Numbered from the stretch's first letter, positions 9,045-19,307 are shown. The stretch is DNA of 64,000 nucleotides from Candidatus Sungiibacteriota bacterium (GCA_016432465.1 CP066690.1:850724-914723); one strand, 5' to 3'. The notes: generated by a model from the letters alone, not told the origin. Numbers and translations are program-made.

Positions 9045-9563
9045 TTACTCAACAAAATATCCGGTTTCGTCACGCTGGGAAAGAATAGGGTTTTTCACCG
9101 GCCACCAGATGTTAAGCCGTGGGTCGTTCCAGCAGTAAGTAAACTGGCTTTTGGGATCGTAGTAGGTTGATTGTTTATAGTGAAAGATCGCTACCTCGCT
9201 CAAAACTACATGGCCGTTTCCGTGTTTGGGCGGAATCAGCACCTGATGATGGTTTCTGTCAGAAAGAACAAAAGGAACCCACTGGCCCAAATTTGGAGAT
9301 TCGGGATCGCAGTTTAACACCACCAGATAAAATCTTCCGTAGTGGCAGGAGACCAGTTTCCAAGTATCGCTGTTGCCGTGAATGCCGCGCAGAACGTGAT
9401 GGCTGGATACGGAAATGTCATCCGTTACAAAATGAATATCAATGCCGTGTTTCCGATACAGCTCCTCGTTATAAGTTTCCACATAAAAACCGCGATAGTC
9501 TTCAAAAATATGTGGTTCTATTAATAAAACCCCGTCCAGCTTGGTTTTACTGACCTTTATCAC
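9045..9563 (-). CDS. rfbC: dTDP-4-dehydrorhamnose 3,5-epimerase
   Basis: FEDYRGFYVETY, VLRGIH and WNDPRLNIWWP motifs. Confidence 0.9.
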   Translation of the reverse strand: MIKVSKTKLDGVLLIEPHIFEDYRGFYVETYNEELYRKHGIDIHFVTDDISVSSHHVLRGIHGNSDTWKLVSCHYGRFYLVVLNCDPESPNLGQWVPFVLSDRNHHQVLIPPKHGNGHVVLSEVAIFHYKQSTYYDPKSQFTYCWNDPRLNIWWPVKNPILSQRDETGYFVE

Positions 9564-9599
9564 CGGCCATCCCCCCGCAGTTTTGTGTAAGTTTTTAGC

Positions 9600-10598
9600 T
9601 TAGTGTATTTTATAGAACTCACGCCAAAAGTCAAGAGTATCGCGGAGGGTGGTTTCAAATTTTATTTTTGGTTTCCACCCGGTTGCTTGCGTAAATTTTT
9701 CAATAGACGGAATCTGTAAAGTTACGTCAGACGGACGCAGGCGCTTTGGGTCAACCTCTACCCGAATGTCTTTTCTTTCCGAAAGTGAAAGAAGTTTGTT
9801 CAGCATTTCTCCGACTTTCATGGTTTCGGTCCCGCCTATATTGTATACCTCTCCGGGAGGGCATTTAGTGATCAGCAGCCAGTAAGCCTCAACCGCGTCG
9901 CGCGCGTCCATCCAAGTACGAACGCTTTCCAGATTTCCCACTTTTACCACCGGTTCTTTTTTCTTTCCTGCCTCTATGGCCGCAATCTGTTTGGCAAAAT
10001 TAGACAATACAAATACGTCCCCGCGTCTTGGACCGGTGTGTGTAAACATTCTGGTACGAATGGTTTTAATTTTCCAAGAGAGCCAGTACTGAAAGGCAAG
10101 CGTGTCTTCTCCAACCTTGCTCACGGCATAAGGGGAAGCAGGACGGAAAGGGTTGGATTCTTTTATGGGGACCTCGTCTTCTTCAACCTGACCGTAGACC
10201 TCCGAAGAGCTGCAGATGTGAATTACGGGATCGTAGCCGGAAGATTGCTTTAATTCCCTGACACACTCCAGTAGATTACAGGTGCCGATTATGTTAGTAT
10301 TAAGTGTTATTATCGGAGCCACGAAAGCAAAATCAACGTAGGACTGCGCAGCCAAATGGAAAATAACATCCGGTCGGTGGTTGTTGAGTACGCGGTTTAA
10401 GGAGAAAGGATCAAGCAAGTCGCCGTATTCAAGTGTTATCTTATCAAGAATGTGCCATATGTTCTCTTTGGGGGAACGCCAGCGTGTAATGCCTACAATT
10501 TCAACTTCGGGACGGTTGGTGAGGATATAGTCAGCCAAGTGACTACCTACAAACCCCGTAATACCGGTGATTAAAACCTTTTTTATGTTAGATGGCAT
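9600..10598 (-). CDS. GDP-mannose 4,6-dehydratase-family NAD-dependent epimerase/dehydratase
   Basis: GITGFVG, HLAAQS, SSSEVYG and PYAVSK (YxxxK). Confidence 0.9.
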   Translation of the reverse strand: MPSNIKKVLITGITGFVGSHLADYILTNRPEVEIVGITRWRSPKENIWHILDKITLEYGDLLDPFSLNRVLNNHRPDVIFHLAAQSYVDFAFVAPIITLNTNIIGTCNLLECVRELKQSSGYDPVIHICSSSEVYGQVEEDEVPIKESNPFRPASPYAVSKVGEDTLAFQYWLSWKIKTIRTRMFTHTGPRRGDVFVLSNFAKQIAAIEAGKKKEPVVKVGNLESVRTWMDARDAVEAYWLLITKCPPGEVYNIGGTETMKVGEMLNKLLSLSERKDIRVEVDPKRLRPSDVTLQIPSIEKFTQATGWKPKIKFETTLRDTLDFWREFYKIH

Positions 10599-10704
10599 GT
10601 TTTAGGTGTTTAAGGCTTAGCTTGGCGTGAGCACCAAAGCTTAGCTCGGAACAACAGTTCCATTATAAATTATAAACGCTTTTTATCACAAATTGTTTCC
10701 ACCT

Positions 10705-11409
10705 ATGCGCTATATCATTTTTATGCTATTTATATTTGGAATTGCGTTGGTCAGGGTCAGGGCTGAAACTTTTCCGCAGGAACTTTATATCTCTCCCAAG
10801 GGCGAGGTGCGTCTGGCGGGAGCAGAACTTACTTCCCAACACGCCCTGAACTTTTTTTCAGTGCGTATCTGGGGCCAGAAATGGTCTTTTGCCACCAATT
10901 ATGCCACGCGTTTGGAGTCGCTATATGGAGAGAAAATAAATCCGAAAGAAATACTTCCGGGCCATATTCTTGAAGTAAAAGGCATGCTTAACCCCTCGGT
11001 GTCCAATGAAACAGGAAATGTGGATGCCTCTTTGGTGCGTGATCTGTCCGTAAAAGCCGGTACACCGCAAACTATTGCGACGCCGTCTTCGTTACCGCCC
11101 TCCTTAGTAAATTTTCCGCCGTTGTCAGCGTCATCGCTGGCAGAGGTTTCTACGCCCGTAAAACCGATACCCAAACAATGGTTGACTAAAAGTCTTCGCC
11201 CCGGCATGCGCGGCCCAGAGGTGAAGATTTTGCAGCAGTTTTTGCAAAAAAATGGCTGGGGCATTCCTGATGACGGACCAGTAACCGGGTTTTATGGGAA
11301 AGTCACGCAAGATGCAGTAAAGAAATTTCAACTGGCGAGCGGCTTGGAAGCAGCAGGCACGCTAGGTCCTAAAACCCGGGCCCTGATTAATTTGCTGTTT
11401 GGCAAATAG
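10705..11409 (+). CDS. Secreted protein with C-terminal peptidoglycan-binding domain
   Basis: Signal peptide; LRPGMRGPEVKILQQFL...GFYGKVTQDAVKKFQ...GTLGPKTR (PG_binding_1). Confidence 0.8.
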   Translation: MRYIIFMLFIFGIALVRVRAETFPQELYISPKGEVRLAGAELTSQHALNFFSVRIWGQKWSFATNYATRLESLYGEKINPKEILPGHILEVKGMLNPSVSNETGNVDASLVRDLSVKAGTPQTIATPSSLPPSLVNFPPLSASSLAEVSTPVKPIPKQWLTKSLRPGMRGPEVKILQQFLQKNGWGIPDDGPVTGFYGKVTQDAVKKFQLASGLEAAGTLGPKTRALINLLFGK

Positions 11410-11463
11410 AAAATTTTCTAAAAAAACGCCGCACAGGTAAACCAGTGCGGTCTTTTCATAAAC

Positions 11464-13992
11464 TCATTTACTAAGAACTGTTTTCAACGCCTCCTCAAAA
11501 GTAGGAGCCATATCAAGCTTTTCTCCGATGACTACACTCACTCGTTGCAATTGGGGCATTGGACTTGCAGAAGAAACCAGGAAGAAGGGTTCAACGTAAA
11601 GAAGTACGTTTTCCACAGGAATCACCAGCATATTGCCGTGTTTTCCTCGGGACCCCTGCTGGTTCCAGAGCGTGATTTGGGCCGCTATTTTGGGGTCCTG
11701 ATTTAGTCGCGCCTCAATCTGCATTGTTCCGTAGACTATCTCGTTTTTAGGAAACTGGTAAGCTATAAGTTTTCCGTAGTGCTCACCCTCAATTCTTGCG
11801 GCCAGCCACCCGTTCAAGTTTTCCTTGTTTTTGGGGGTAAAGGGCAGCATTAGCACGAGCTCTTCCTTTTTCTCGGCGCTAAATTTCTCAACAATGTAGT
11901 AAGGTACAACAGCTTGTGGCTTATCAACGTCTACGAGCTCTTGGGCAACGACCCACGCGTCCTCTTTATTGTAGAAAAGGCTTGGTTGTTCCATGTGGTA
12001 GAGTTTATAAGCTTCAGCCATCATCAGAAACAGATCTTCAGAGAAACGAACATGCGCCTGAAGTTCCTTGGGCATTTCGGACTTGGGCCGGAAAATACCC
12101 GGATATAGTTTGGACCAAGCGCGTATCAGAGGATCGCGTTCGTCAAAAATGTAAAAGGTAGTTGTCCCGTCGTAGGGATCGGTCACTATTTTCACAGAGT
12201 TTCTCACGTAGTTAATACCGTTGATTGGGGTAGCATGAGGGAAAAAGGAAGAAGTGGTCATAGCGTCTCTCATCCAGTATATTTTCCCGCCAGTGACTAC
12301 TGCGTACGGATCTTTATCGTATTTCAGGAAAGGTGCGATCTTTTGAACAATGGTTGTAATATCACGATCGTACATAATTCTTGTCTCCCGCGTCACGTAA
12401 CTCGTCATCAAAAAGTCCCAAGACCACATTTTCCATATAAACGCCAGCTTACGGACAAACGAGGAGAGTTGAATTCCGCCCTTTCCTTCGTAGGTGGTGT
12501 ATTGGTTCTTGCTTCCTTCCGGAAAATCTATTTCAGGCAGTTTTGTTCTTACCAGCACCCAGGATTTTGTCTGTTCGCCAAAATAGATCTGGGGTCTGGT
12601 AATTTTAAGTTCCGGGTACTCGCTTTTTGGCGGGAAATCTTTGACGAAGAAATGGGGCATACCGCCCTCTTTGACTTCATTTACCGGGGCTATTACCGCC
12701 CCATACCCGTGAGTGTACTGCAGGTGTTCATTTATCCAGTTTCTGCCGGGAATCTGGTTGGGCTCAATTTCCCGGGCCGAAATCATTACATGACGATATT
12801 CCTTTTGAGGCCCCAAATAATACCGATCAACGTCTACGTCGTTAAATTCATAGTACTGTCGCAGTCCCTGCAGCTGTTTGAGCGTGGGCAGGAGAAATCT
12901 AAAGTCCCAGAGCCGGATGTTTTTGAGCAGAATAGGATTTTGCGCAATAACTCGTTCCACCTGCAGAGGGTTCTTTTCGGGGATAAACTCTTTTGTTTCT
13001 ACATTGGTAAGTCCGAATGCTTCACGTGTCATAGCAATATTGGCCGCGATAAAACGCTCCTGCTTGGTGATTTCGTTTGGTCCGATGACCACCTTGAAGA
13101 AAACCTTGGGGAGAAGTTCGTTAACAACCAGAGGCGAGAGTATAAACCAGGCGACGGCAACAGTTCCCACCATGACGAGCGCCCGCACGGGACGCGCCAG
13201 ATTTCTGATCAAAATTCTGGAGATAAGCAACGCCGCTAACACAGTTACGCCAATCAGAACCAGATAAAGAATTTGCAGGAGGCCTGCTTCCAGAGCCCCG
13301 GCGCCGTAAAAAAGCATGTGTCCGTCTGCGGCCGTGTGTCGCGTATAGGCCAAGGAAGGGATTTTAACCAGTAAGGTTTGTAGGGTAAAAATCAGGAGCG
13401 CTTCAATAATTTGGATTCCAAGCGCAACCAGATGAAATTTATGCCTTACTCCTTCTGGCGACGGAATAAACCGTGTCAGGACCCACGACACAAGAATCAA
13501 AACAGTGGTTGCAGCCAGTAGTAAATAACCCAATCCCATGACCTCTTTCCACAGAGGAAGCGAGAAGAGATAGAACGAAATTTCTTTTCCGAAGATCGGG
13601 TCTTGCAGGCCGTAAGGAACTTGGTAGAAAAAGAGAAAAAATTTACTCCAGTGAGGCGTGAGAAGTATCCACGATCCTACTGCGGCTAAAATCGCTACCC
13701 CTACGCTTCCTACCCAAGCACGAATGCGCAAAACCTTTTTTCCGGAATCCGGAAGGGTGTTGTTTCCACGTGAGGTAAGGAAGATGGAAAAGAACCAAAT
13801 CCAGAGGAAGGTAAAAGCCGTTCCTACAAGCCAGAGAGTAACTTTCCATCGGAGTTCTGCCCAAAAGGCCGTGGTAGCGTTAAAACTCTCAAACCAGAGA
13901 TATTCAGTATAGACGTGTACGATTTGATTGAATCCTGCTACTGCGAGTGCGAGCAACGTTAGTATCCCGAAAATCAGAGCTGCCCTTTTCAT
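11464..13992 (-). CDS. UPF0182 family membrane protein
   Basis: YTEYLWFES, DPIFGKEISFYLFSLP, NIRLWD, YYEFNDVDVDRY, HLQYTHGYG and NYVRNSVK; start MKRAAL after GGAGG. Confidence 0.92.
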   Translation of the reverse strand: MKRAALIFGILTLLALAVAGFNQIVHVYTEYLWFESFNATTAFWAELRWKVTLWLVGTAFTFLWIWFFSIFLTSRGNNTLPDSGKKVLRIRAWVGSVGVAILAAVGSWILLTPHWSKFFLFFYQVPYGLQDPIFGKEISFYLFSLPLWKEVMGLGYLLLAATTVLILVSWVLTRFIPSPEGVRHKFHLVALGIQIIEALLIFTLQTLLVKIPSLAYTRHTAADGHMLFYGAGALEAGLLQILYLVLIGVTVLAALLISRILIRNLARPVRALVMVGTVAVAWFILSPLVVNELLPKVFFKVVIGPNEITKQERFIAANIAMTREAFGLTNVETKEFIPEKNPLQVERVIAQNPILLKNIRLWDFRFLLPTLKQLQGLRQYYEFNDVDVDRYYLGPQKEYRHVMISAREIEPNQIPGRNWINEHLQYTHGYGAVIAPVNEVKEGGMPHFFVKDFPPKSEYPELKITRPQIYFGEQTKSWVLVRTKLPEIDFPEGSKNQYTTYEGKGGIQLSSFVRKLAFIWKMWSWDFLMTSYVTRETRIMYDRDITTIVQKIAPFLKYDKDPYAVVTGGKIYWMRDAMTTSSFFPHATPINGINYVRNSVKIVTDPYDGTTTFYIFDERDPLIRAWSKLYPGIFRPKSEMPKELQAHVRFSEDLFLMMAEAYKLYHMEQPSLFYNKEDAWVVAQELVDVDKPQAVVPYYIVEKFSAEKKEELVLMLPFTPKNKENLNGWLAARIEGEHYGKLIAYQFPKNEIVYGTMQIEARLNQDPKIAAQITLWNQQGSRGKHGNMLVIPVENVLLYVEPFFLVSSASPMPQLQRVSVVIGEKLDMAPTFEEALKTVLSK

Positions 13993-14139
13993 AAGGGATG
14001 CCTCCTTATTGTGAAGGTACACCAGTTTATTTGTAGCATATTTATTTTGTTTTGTCAATCGCTCTGAAAGTTGACAAAATAACGACTTTATAGTATGATG
14101 TCTTTGGGGATGGTGCCCCTTTGTGGAAGGAGTACGGCA

Positions 14140-14487
14140 ATGTCTGGAAATCCAGAGCTTCTGCGTAAAGTCACGGTATGCAATCAGTGCAAAAAAGAAC
14201 TTATCAAAGAAGAGGTAGAAAAACATTTCCATCTTGTAAATAAAGTCTCGGAAGAAGGGGAGCCCCTTGTTTATATGCTTCTCCTGCCTCCTGATTGTAA
14301 GCCGGAGGAGTGGAAAGCACGTAGAATCTTTGCGGGTGGTATGGCGGAATTACGCGAGATGCATCCTGATAAAGAGTTCCAAATTAGTCCTTACTCTTTT
14401 AAGGTTGTGACAGAACAGGCACCCGATGGTCGCAGTACCACTTTCCAGCTTTTTCATCCGGAAAGTTTTGTGGCTATTGAGAAGTAG
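14140..14487 (+). CDS. Hypothetical protein (CxxC near N-terminus)
   Basis: TTGACA-17-TATGAT promoter, AAGGAG SD, terminator at about 14500-14538. Confidence 0.6.
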   Translation: MSGNPELLRKVTVCNQCKKELIKEEVEKHFHLVNKVSEEGEPLVYMLLLPPDCKPEEWKARRIFAGGMAELREMHPDKEFQISPYSFKVVTEQAPDGRSTTFQLFHPESFVAIEK

Positions 14488-14550
14488 GAAGTATTTATAA
14501 AAAAATCCCTCGCAGCGAATTTTCGCTCGAGGGTTTTTACAATATTGATG

Positions 14551-14970
14551 TTACGGAAGCCTCTCTTCGAGATTCTGTAGAAGTTTTTCCGCTTTTCCAG
14601 TCTTAACCAAGTTGAAGTAAACGATCGTTGCAACCACCAGAATGGCAACAAAAAGGAACCATCCAGTTTTCATCATAAGCATCAGCACCCCGATTGGCAA
14701 AAGTCCGTAACTGAGCAACAGTAATTTCTCTGCACCCTTGTAGTAGTAACCAACTACAGCCATCAGTGCCCCTAAACCAAGGGCAAGACCAGTGAAAACT
14801 CCGGGGTAAGTGAGATAAAGAGCACTTAACCACATCATGGCTCCTGCAGTGGCAGAAAGAAGTCCAACCAATTTTAACGTGCGTTTCTCCGAATCTTCAA
14901 GATCTCGTGCTAAATAGCCGATTGTATATAGAGTTGTTCCAACTAGTAGACCCGCTACGAGAAAGATCAT
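14551..14970 (-). CDS. Hypothetical membrane protein (about 5 TM)
   Basis: AGGAGG SD; hydrophobic helices. Confidence 0.6.
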   Translation of the reverse strand: MIFLVAGLLVGTTLYTIGYLARDLEDSEKRTLKLVGLLSATAGAMMWLSALYLTYPGVFTGLALGLGALMAVVGYYYKGAEKLLLLSYGLLPIGVLMLMMKTGWFLFVAILVVATIVYFNLVKTGKAEKLLQNLEERLP

Positions 14971-15064
14971 CCGTTTCCTCCTTTTCGTACGGCCTTCCCA
15001 ACAGGCCATTTATTAGTATAGCACGGGTGTAGGTTGCATGTCAACAAGAAAATACAACTCCGTA

Positions 15065-15102
15065 TTTGTGCACTTAAAAGCGATCGCTTTTAAGTGCACA
15101 AA
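15065..15102. repeat. 38-bp palindrome P38, copy 2
   Basis: TTTGTGCACTTAAAAGCGATCGCTTTTAAGTGCACAAA, a perfect palindrome. Confidence 0.9.
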
Positions 15103-15149
15103 TGGCCGAATACCCTTCTTCGTCCCGCTTTCAGCGGGACTTCGGAAGG

Positions 15150-15278
15150 GTTATTATTTTCGCCTTCATTCCTACAGTCCAGCCTTCGTAGCCATAGGTT
15201 GCTACGGTCGCACGCCGCCATAGCTTTGGCGACGGAGCGCGGAGTAGGCCAGCCGTGGCTTTCTGCGACGGCGGGTAA
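15150..15278. mobile_element. Composite palindromic MITE/REP-like element (family B end ...CTGCGACGGCGGGTAAA)
   Basis: Shares its end with 19501-19557 and 54850-54893; 48 bp is the reverse complement of 19355-19402. Confidence 0.55.
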
Positions 15279-15334
15279 AAAAACACCGCAAAGAGTTGTC
15301 CCTTTGCGGCAAAAACTTTTTCATTAAAAACCTT

Positions 15335-16516
15335 TTAATCGTGGTCCTGGGGGTCTATCGTTCTCCTCGGACCTGCATCCGACGTTGCATGACCGTCCCC
15401 TCCCGAAGCTATGTCAGGATACTGCGGCCCTCTTCTCTGTTCTTCCGCCAGACGGTTCATGACCGCGAAATACTGCTCAACACTGTTCCTAAGCTGTCGT
15501 GCCTTCTCCAGCTGTTTTTCAGAATTGATGATTGGTACTGCAGAATGGGCAGCGGCCCGATCCATGGCTGCGGTGGCGCTATCCACAAAAAGACCCAAAA
15601 CCTTATCAACCGCCTCTTTCACCACTGGCGCAATGGTGTCAAACTGCTCGGTTGCTGCCAAGGAACGGATAGGAGTCATAACCTCTTGCAGCAATACCGC
15701 AAAGCTTCGCTCCATCTCTCTAAGTCCTGTCCACATCTGACGGAAGGATTGAATGGCTTTCTGGGTTGCTTCTCTGGCCTCACGAATAATGGGTAGGGCT
15801 TGATTCCAGGTTTTGATCTTCTCAAGGAGCTCTCCGGCTCGCACTTGTTTTGCTTGAAGATCCTTTTCCAATTCTTCAAGATCCTTCTCTTTCTTTACAC
15901 GATCTTCGGCCTCCGCCGTGTCCAGCTCCAAGCGCAAAAGATCAAGCTTGCCCTCCAGTATCTGGATTTCAGTTTTGAGGACTTCGTGTTCGGGAACCCT
16001 CTTTTCCAGTAATTGCAGAAGTTCTTTATATTTGGTTGTAAAAGTATTGTAAGCAGTCTTGTGTATACGTTCTACCTTAAGCAATTCTTCCACGGTTGCG
16101 GCATTCAACTCAACAAGTTCCTTTAGATTTTGATCTACGGTTTGACTTGCTTGGCGCTGGCGGCGTATCCTGTCCGCTTTTTCTTTAGAGGCACTAAACC
16201 CAACTTTACCCCAGAATGCATACCAGTTTTCTGCAAAACCTTCATATTCCTTTCTCTTATCTGCTATCGCTCCAATCTCTTCAAATTTGAGCCGGAGTCC
16301 CTCCATAAGATCATGAATATCCTGCTGTGCTTCCAAACTTTTCCGTTTTGCCTCATCGAGTTTAGTGCGGGCCTCCCTAACAGTCGCTTCACGCTCTGCG
16401 GGGGTTTTGACATCAATATCCTCGATGCTCGCAAAAATATCTTTAGCGTCTTTTGCGGTTACCTCAATGGTTGCACGCCTGTTTCTTAGGGTTTCAAGCA
16501 TATTCCTCTCGGGCAT
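15335..16516 (-). CDS. Long coiled-coil hypothetical protein
   Basis: 393 aa, heptad-rich, central amphipathic WYAFWGKVGF; AGGAGG SD. Confidence 0.75.
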   Translation of the reverse strand: MPERNMLETLRNRRATIEVTAKDAKDIFASIEDIDVKTPAEREATVREARTKLDEAKRKSLEAQQDIHDLMEGLRLKFEEIGAIADKRKEYEGFAENWYAFWGKVGFSASKEKADRIRRQRQASQTVDQNLKELVELNAATVEELLKVERIHKTAYNTFTTKYKELLQLLEKRVPEHEVLKTEIQILEGKLDLLRLELDTAEAEDRVKKEKDLEELEKDLQAKQVRAGELLEKIKTWNQALPIIREAREATQKAIQSFRQMWTGLREMERSFAVLLQEVMTPIRSLAATEQFDTIAPVVKEAVDKVLGLFVDSATAAMDRAAAHSAVPIINSEKQLEKARQLRNSVEQYFAVMNRLAEEQRRGPQYPDIASGGDGHATSDAGPRRTIDPQDHD

Positions 16517-16673
16517 CTTTTCCTCCTGGGTTGGTTTCCGAAACTATAGTTATTGTAGCAATAAACATAAAACTTGTCAAGCACTTCGTTTAGCTTGACT
16601 TTCTAGTGCCGCTTTGTTATAATTTTATAAGTACTTGGACAGCTCAATACCGTCAACAGGGGAGGCGAGCGCC

Positions 16674-17399
16674 ATGAAGTACCTGCTCAACGTTTTCCTT
16701 GTACATCTTGGCATCGGGCTTGGTTTTAGTCTTGCGTCCATATTCTTTTTTAAGTACCGCCACAAGCGCAGGCCAATCTTTAGATTCGGAGGCAATGATC
16801 CTTTTAGCTGGGGAGATAAAAATAAATGGCTGCTTTGGTGGATTATAGCGTACGGCATTGCGAATGGCTTTGAGGTGGTTACTGGTTTCCGTCTCAATAT
16901 GTCTTTGTATCTGGAGTTGGCGCTTTTGGCGTTAGGGGCAACTGCTTTTACCCTTGGTCTTTTTTTGATGGATCGGATGGCGATGATTTTTTTTGAACCC
17001 GAAAGCCACTGGAAGCCCAAGTCTGAAGAGCGGCCTGTGTCTCGGGTTGTAGAAGAAAAGAAGGCCGAAGTGGTCGCGGAACCTCAAGAATTAAAGCAGG
17101 TTGAGGTTGTGCTGACAGAGAAGCTTCCCGAGCCCATCGCGGCTCCGGAAGAGGATAAGAGCTGGTTTAGCAAGAATGTTGGGCGCGCTGCCGAATCTGT
17201 CAGTTCTTCGTCCGACAGCTTGTTAAGGAAAGTCGGAAAAAGCGTAGGTTCTGGTTTGGGAGGGATTAAGTCCGGTTTTTCCGAAGTTTTTGCTGAACGC
17301 CGTAAGACTAGAGAAGATCGCCGCAGGGCTGAAGAAGAAAAAAGGCAAGAGATACGAGAAAAATTTGAAAAACTCACCAGATCTCGTCGCCCTTCGTAG
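16674..17399 (+). CDS. Membrane protein (3 TM) with charged cytoplasmic tail
   Basis: GGGGAGG SD; N-terminal TM helices, E/K/R-rich C-terminus. Confidence 0.65.
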   Translation: MKYLLNVFLVHLGIGLGFSLASIFFFKYRHKRRPIFRFGGNDPFSWGDKNKWLLWWIIAYGIANGFEVVTGFRLNMSLYLELALLALGATAFTLGLFLMDRMAMIFFEPESHWKPKSEERPVSRVVEEKKAEVVAEPQELKQVEVVLTEKLPEPIAAPEEDKSWFSKNVGRAAESVSSSSDSLLRKVGKSVGSGLGGIKSGFSEVFAERRKTREDRRRAEEEKRQEIREKFEKLTRSRRPS

Positions 17400-17436
17400 T
17401 CAAAGACACACCTAGACAGAGGGGGTAAAAACCGCT

Positions 17437-19266
17437 ATGCCTACACGTGAGTCGCATCCTATCCCAGATGCAGAGCTTGGCAAACATGTGCCTAAAGCCG
17501 AAGGGCTCATGGAGGAGCTCAAGAAGGTCAAACAGAAAGATCTTTTGGTTCTTCTTCAGGAACTATCACCGGAAGAGAAGTATCGGCCCCTTCCTGCGGA
17601 ACTTGATCTTCTTTATGTGATTCGACATGGTCTCTGCCTTTATTTCTATTTCTACGATCTTCTGACAGATCGAACCGGTCTTCAGCAGGAACTCGAAAAA
17701 CTTAGTAAACTAGGACTTGCGGTTACCACTTCTACCCAGCAGAAACGTGAATTTATTAGTGCCTACGGATTATTTGTTATGGCGAGCGCGATTGTCATGA
17801 AATGTGAGAGGATGCTTCGTGGTAAAGATCCGGCCAAACTGGCACACCTCGAAATAGGAGGAATGGAACTTGTACTGGGAAAAGGCCCCACTCGTGATTT
17901 GATCTTTACCCTCGTACACTATGTTGATGCCTTAGGAAAGAGAGATGCTGATGGGCAAGGTTTGGTGCAGAATGTTGATGATGCGATTGCTATTACCCGT
18001 GATTACTGGAAAGCGGTAATAAATAAGGTGCAGGCCATCGCTAAAAATTTTCCTGCAGAACTCTTAGCCTTGGTGGGCAATACTACTTTTCACCACGGTA
18101 CTATGGCCGTAACTGGTTTTCAGGTCGAGGACCGCAAAGAAGTAAAAGTTGTGACATGGGCTCCGGTTGAACCTCAAGAGGTTATTGGGGATCAGGACGT
18201 TACCCGGATTTTTCTCCGGCTCGGTGACAGATTAGCGATGTACGATTCCGTACTGCAAAAAAATCCGTTTGTGCATTTTGGGGGGTTGCTGGAATCAGTG
18301 CTTCTGGATGGTCGTCCCGGTACTGGGAAGACAACGCGCATACGTCTGCTTATGACGCATGTAGCAAGACGTGCGGAGCCGGTCGGACTTCCTTATGTCT
18401 TTAAATCAATTACAGGGGATCAGGTTAAGAGTAAATGGTATGGAGACACCGCGCAGCTTATTAAGGAACTTTTGAGCGTAGCGCAGGATCCTTCAACCCT
18501 TTCGCTTATCTTTGTGGATGACATTGATCTTTTGATCACGGGCGATCGCAGTGATCCCGGGACCAGCGGCGGCGACATGGATATTTTGAAAGCTCTCATG
18601 GACTTTTTTTCCGGAACAGGGACAAACTACACCGGCCATTACCTTGCCATCGCAGCGACCAACAAACCCACGGCATCGGATGATGCCTTGCGTCAGAGAT
18701 TTGTTTATCCTGCCCTTATCAAGGGGCCAGAGACCTGGGAAGACTATATGGATCTGGCGGCTCTTGAGCTGCGCGATTTTGCTAAAACCGGTCTGTTGCA
18801 GATTGGTCAAGGCAAAGTTCAGCCGCTCCAGCGTGTCCTTCCTCGTAGTCTTGCCGAAACTTATGGAGAGGAACTTCGTAAGAAATATGCCAATAAAAAA
18901 GGTGCAACTTGGGAAGATGTGGGTAGGCTCTGCGCGGAATTCCACAAGAAAGATCCTACGTTTACCGGCCGGCCGGTAAAGAACGCCCTGCAAGTTGCAA
19001 AAGCCAAGGCAGCAGATTTCGACGTACCGGAGGAGTGGTTCATTAACCCCGGAGTATTTCGCGCCAAACCCTGGGAAGAACGTCTGCAAATGGTTAAGGA
19101 ACTTTTTAAGGCCATGACAGCCGAGATGGTCATGATGGCCTTGGAGCATCAGTTTGAGGTTGAGGCGCGTTACCAACGTGAGGCCCATGAGAGACGGGTG
19201 GAAGATCTCATGGAGGAGTTGAGAGTAAGGGATGAGGCCCTCCGGAAGATTAGCGGTAAGAGTTAA
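17437..19266 (+). CDS. AAA+ ATPase with uncharacterised N-terminal domain
   Basis: Walker A GRPGTGKT, pore loop SKWYG, Walker B IFVDD, SRH ATNKP...DDALRQRF. Confidence 0.9.
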   Translation: MPTRESHPIPDAELGKHVPKAEGLMEELKKVKQKDLLVLLQELSPEEKYRPLPAELDLLYVIRHGLCLYFYFYDLLTDRTGLQQELEKLSKLGLAVTTSTQQKREFISAYGLFVMASAIVMKCERMLRGKDPAKLAHLEIGGMELVLGKGPTRDLIFTLVHYVDALGKRDADGQGLVQNVDDAIAITRDYWKAVINKVQAIAKNFPAELLALVGNTTFHHGTMAVTGFQVEDRKEVKVVTWAPVEPQEVIGDQDVTRIFLRLGDRLAMYDSVLQKNPFVHFGGLLESVLLDGRPGTGKTTRIRLLMTHVARRAEPVGLPYVFKSITGDQVKSKWYGDTAQLIKELLSVAQDPSTLSLIFVDDIDLLITGDRSDPGTSGGDMDILKALMDFFSGTGTNYTGHYLAIAATNKPTASDDALRQRFVYPALIKGPETWEDYMDLAALELRDFAKTGLLQIGQGKVQPLQRVLPRSLAETYGEELRKKYANKKGATWEDVGRLCAEFHKKDPTFTGRPVKNALQVAKAKAADFDVPEEWFINPGVFRAKPWEERLQMVKELFKAMTAEMVMMALEHQFEVEARYQREAHERRVEDLMEELRVRDEALRKISGKS

Positions 19267-19307
19267 AATTTTTAGGCGCCTGTAAGATACAGGCGTTTTA
19301 AGTTGTT

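Noticed and set aside
12235-13239. 334-aa plus-strand ORF
   Set aside because: Antisense shadow of the well-supported UPF0182 gene; no motifs
13993-14232. Extended N-terminus of UPF0182 in the ORF track (likewise 909, 25317, 51409 starts)
   Set aside because: Extensions run through promoters or repeats; downstream ATGs fit family N-termini and, where present, SD sites
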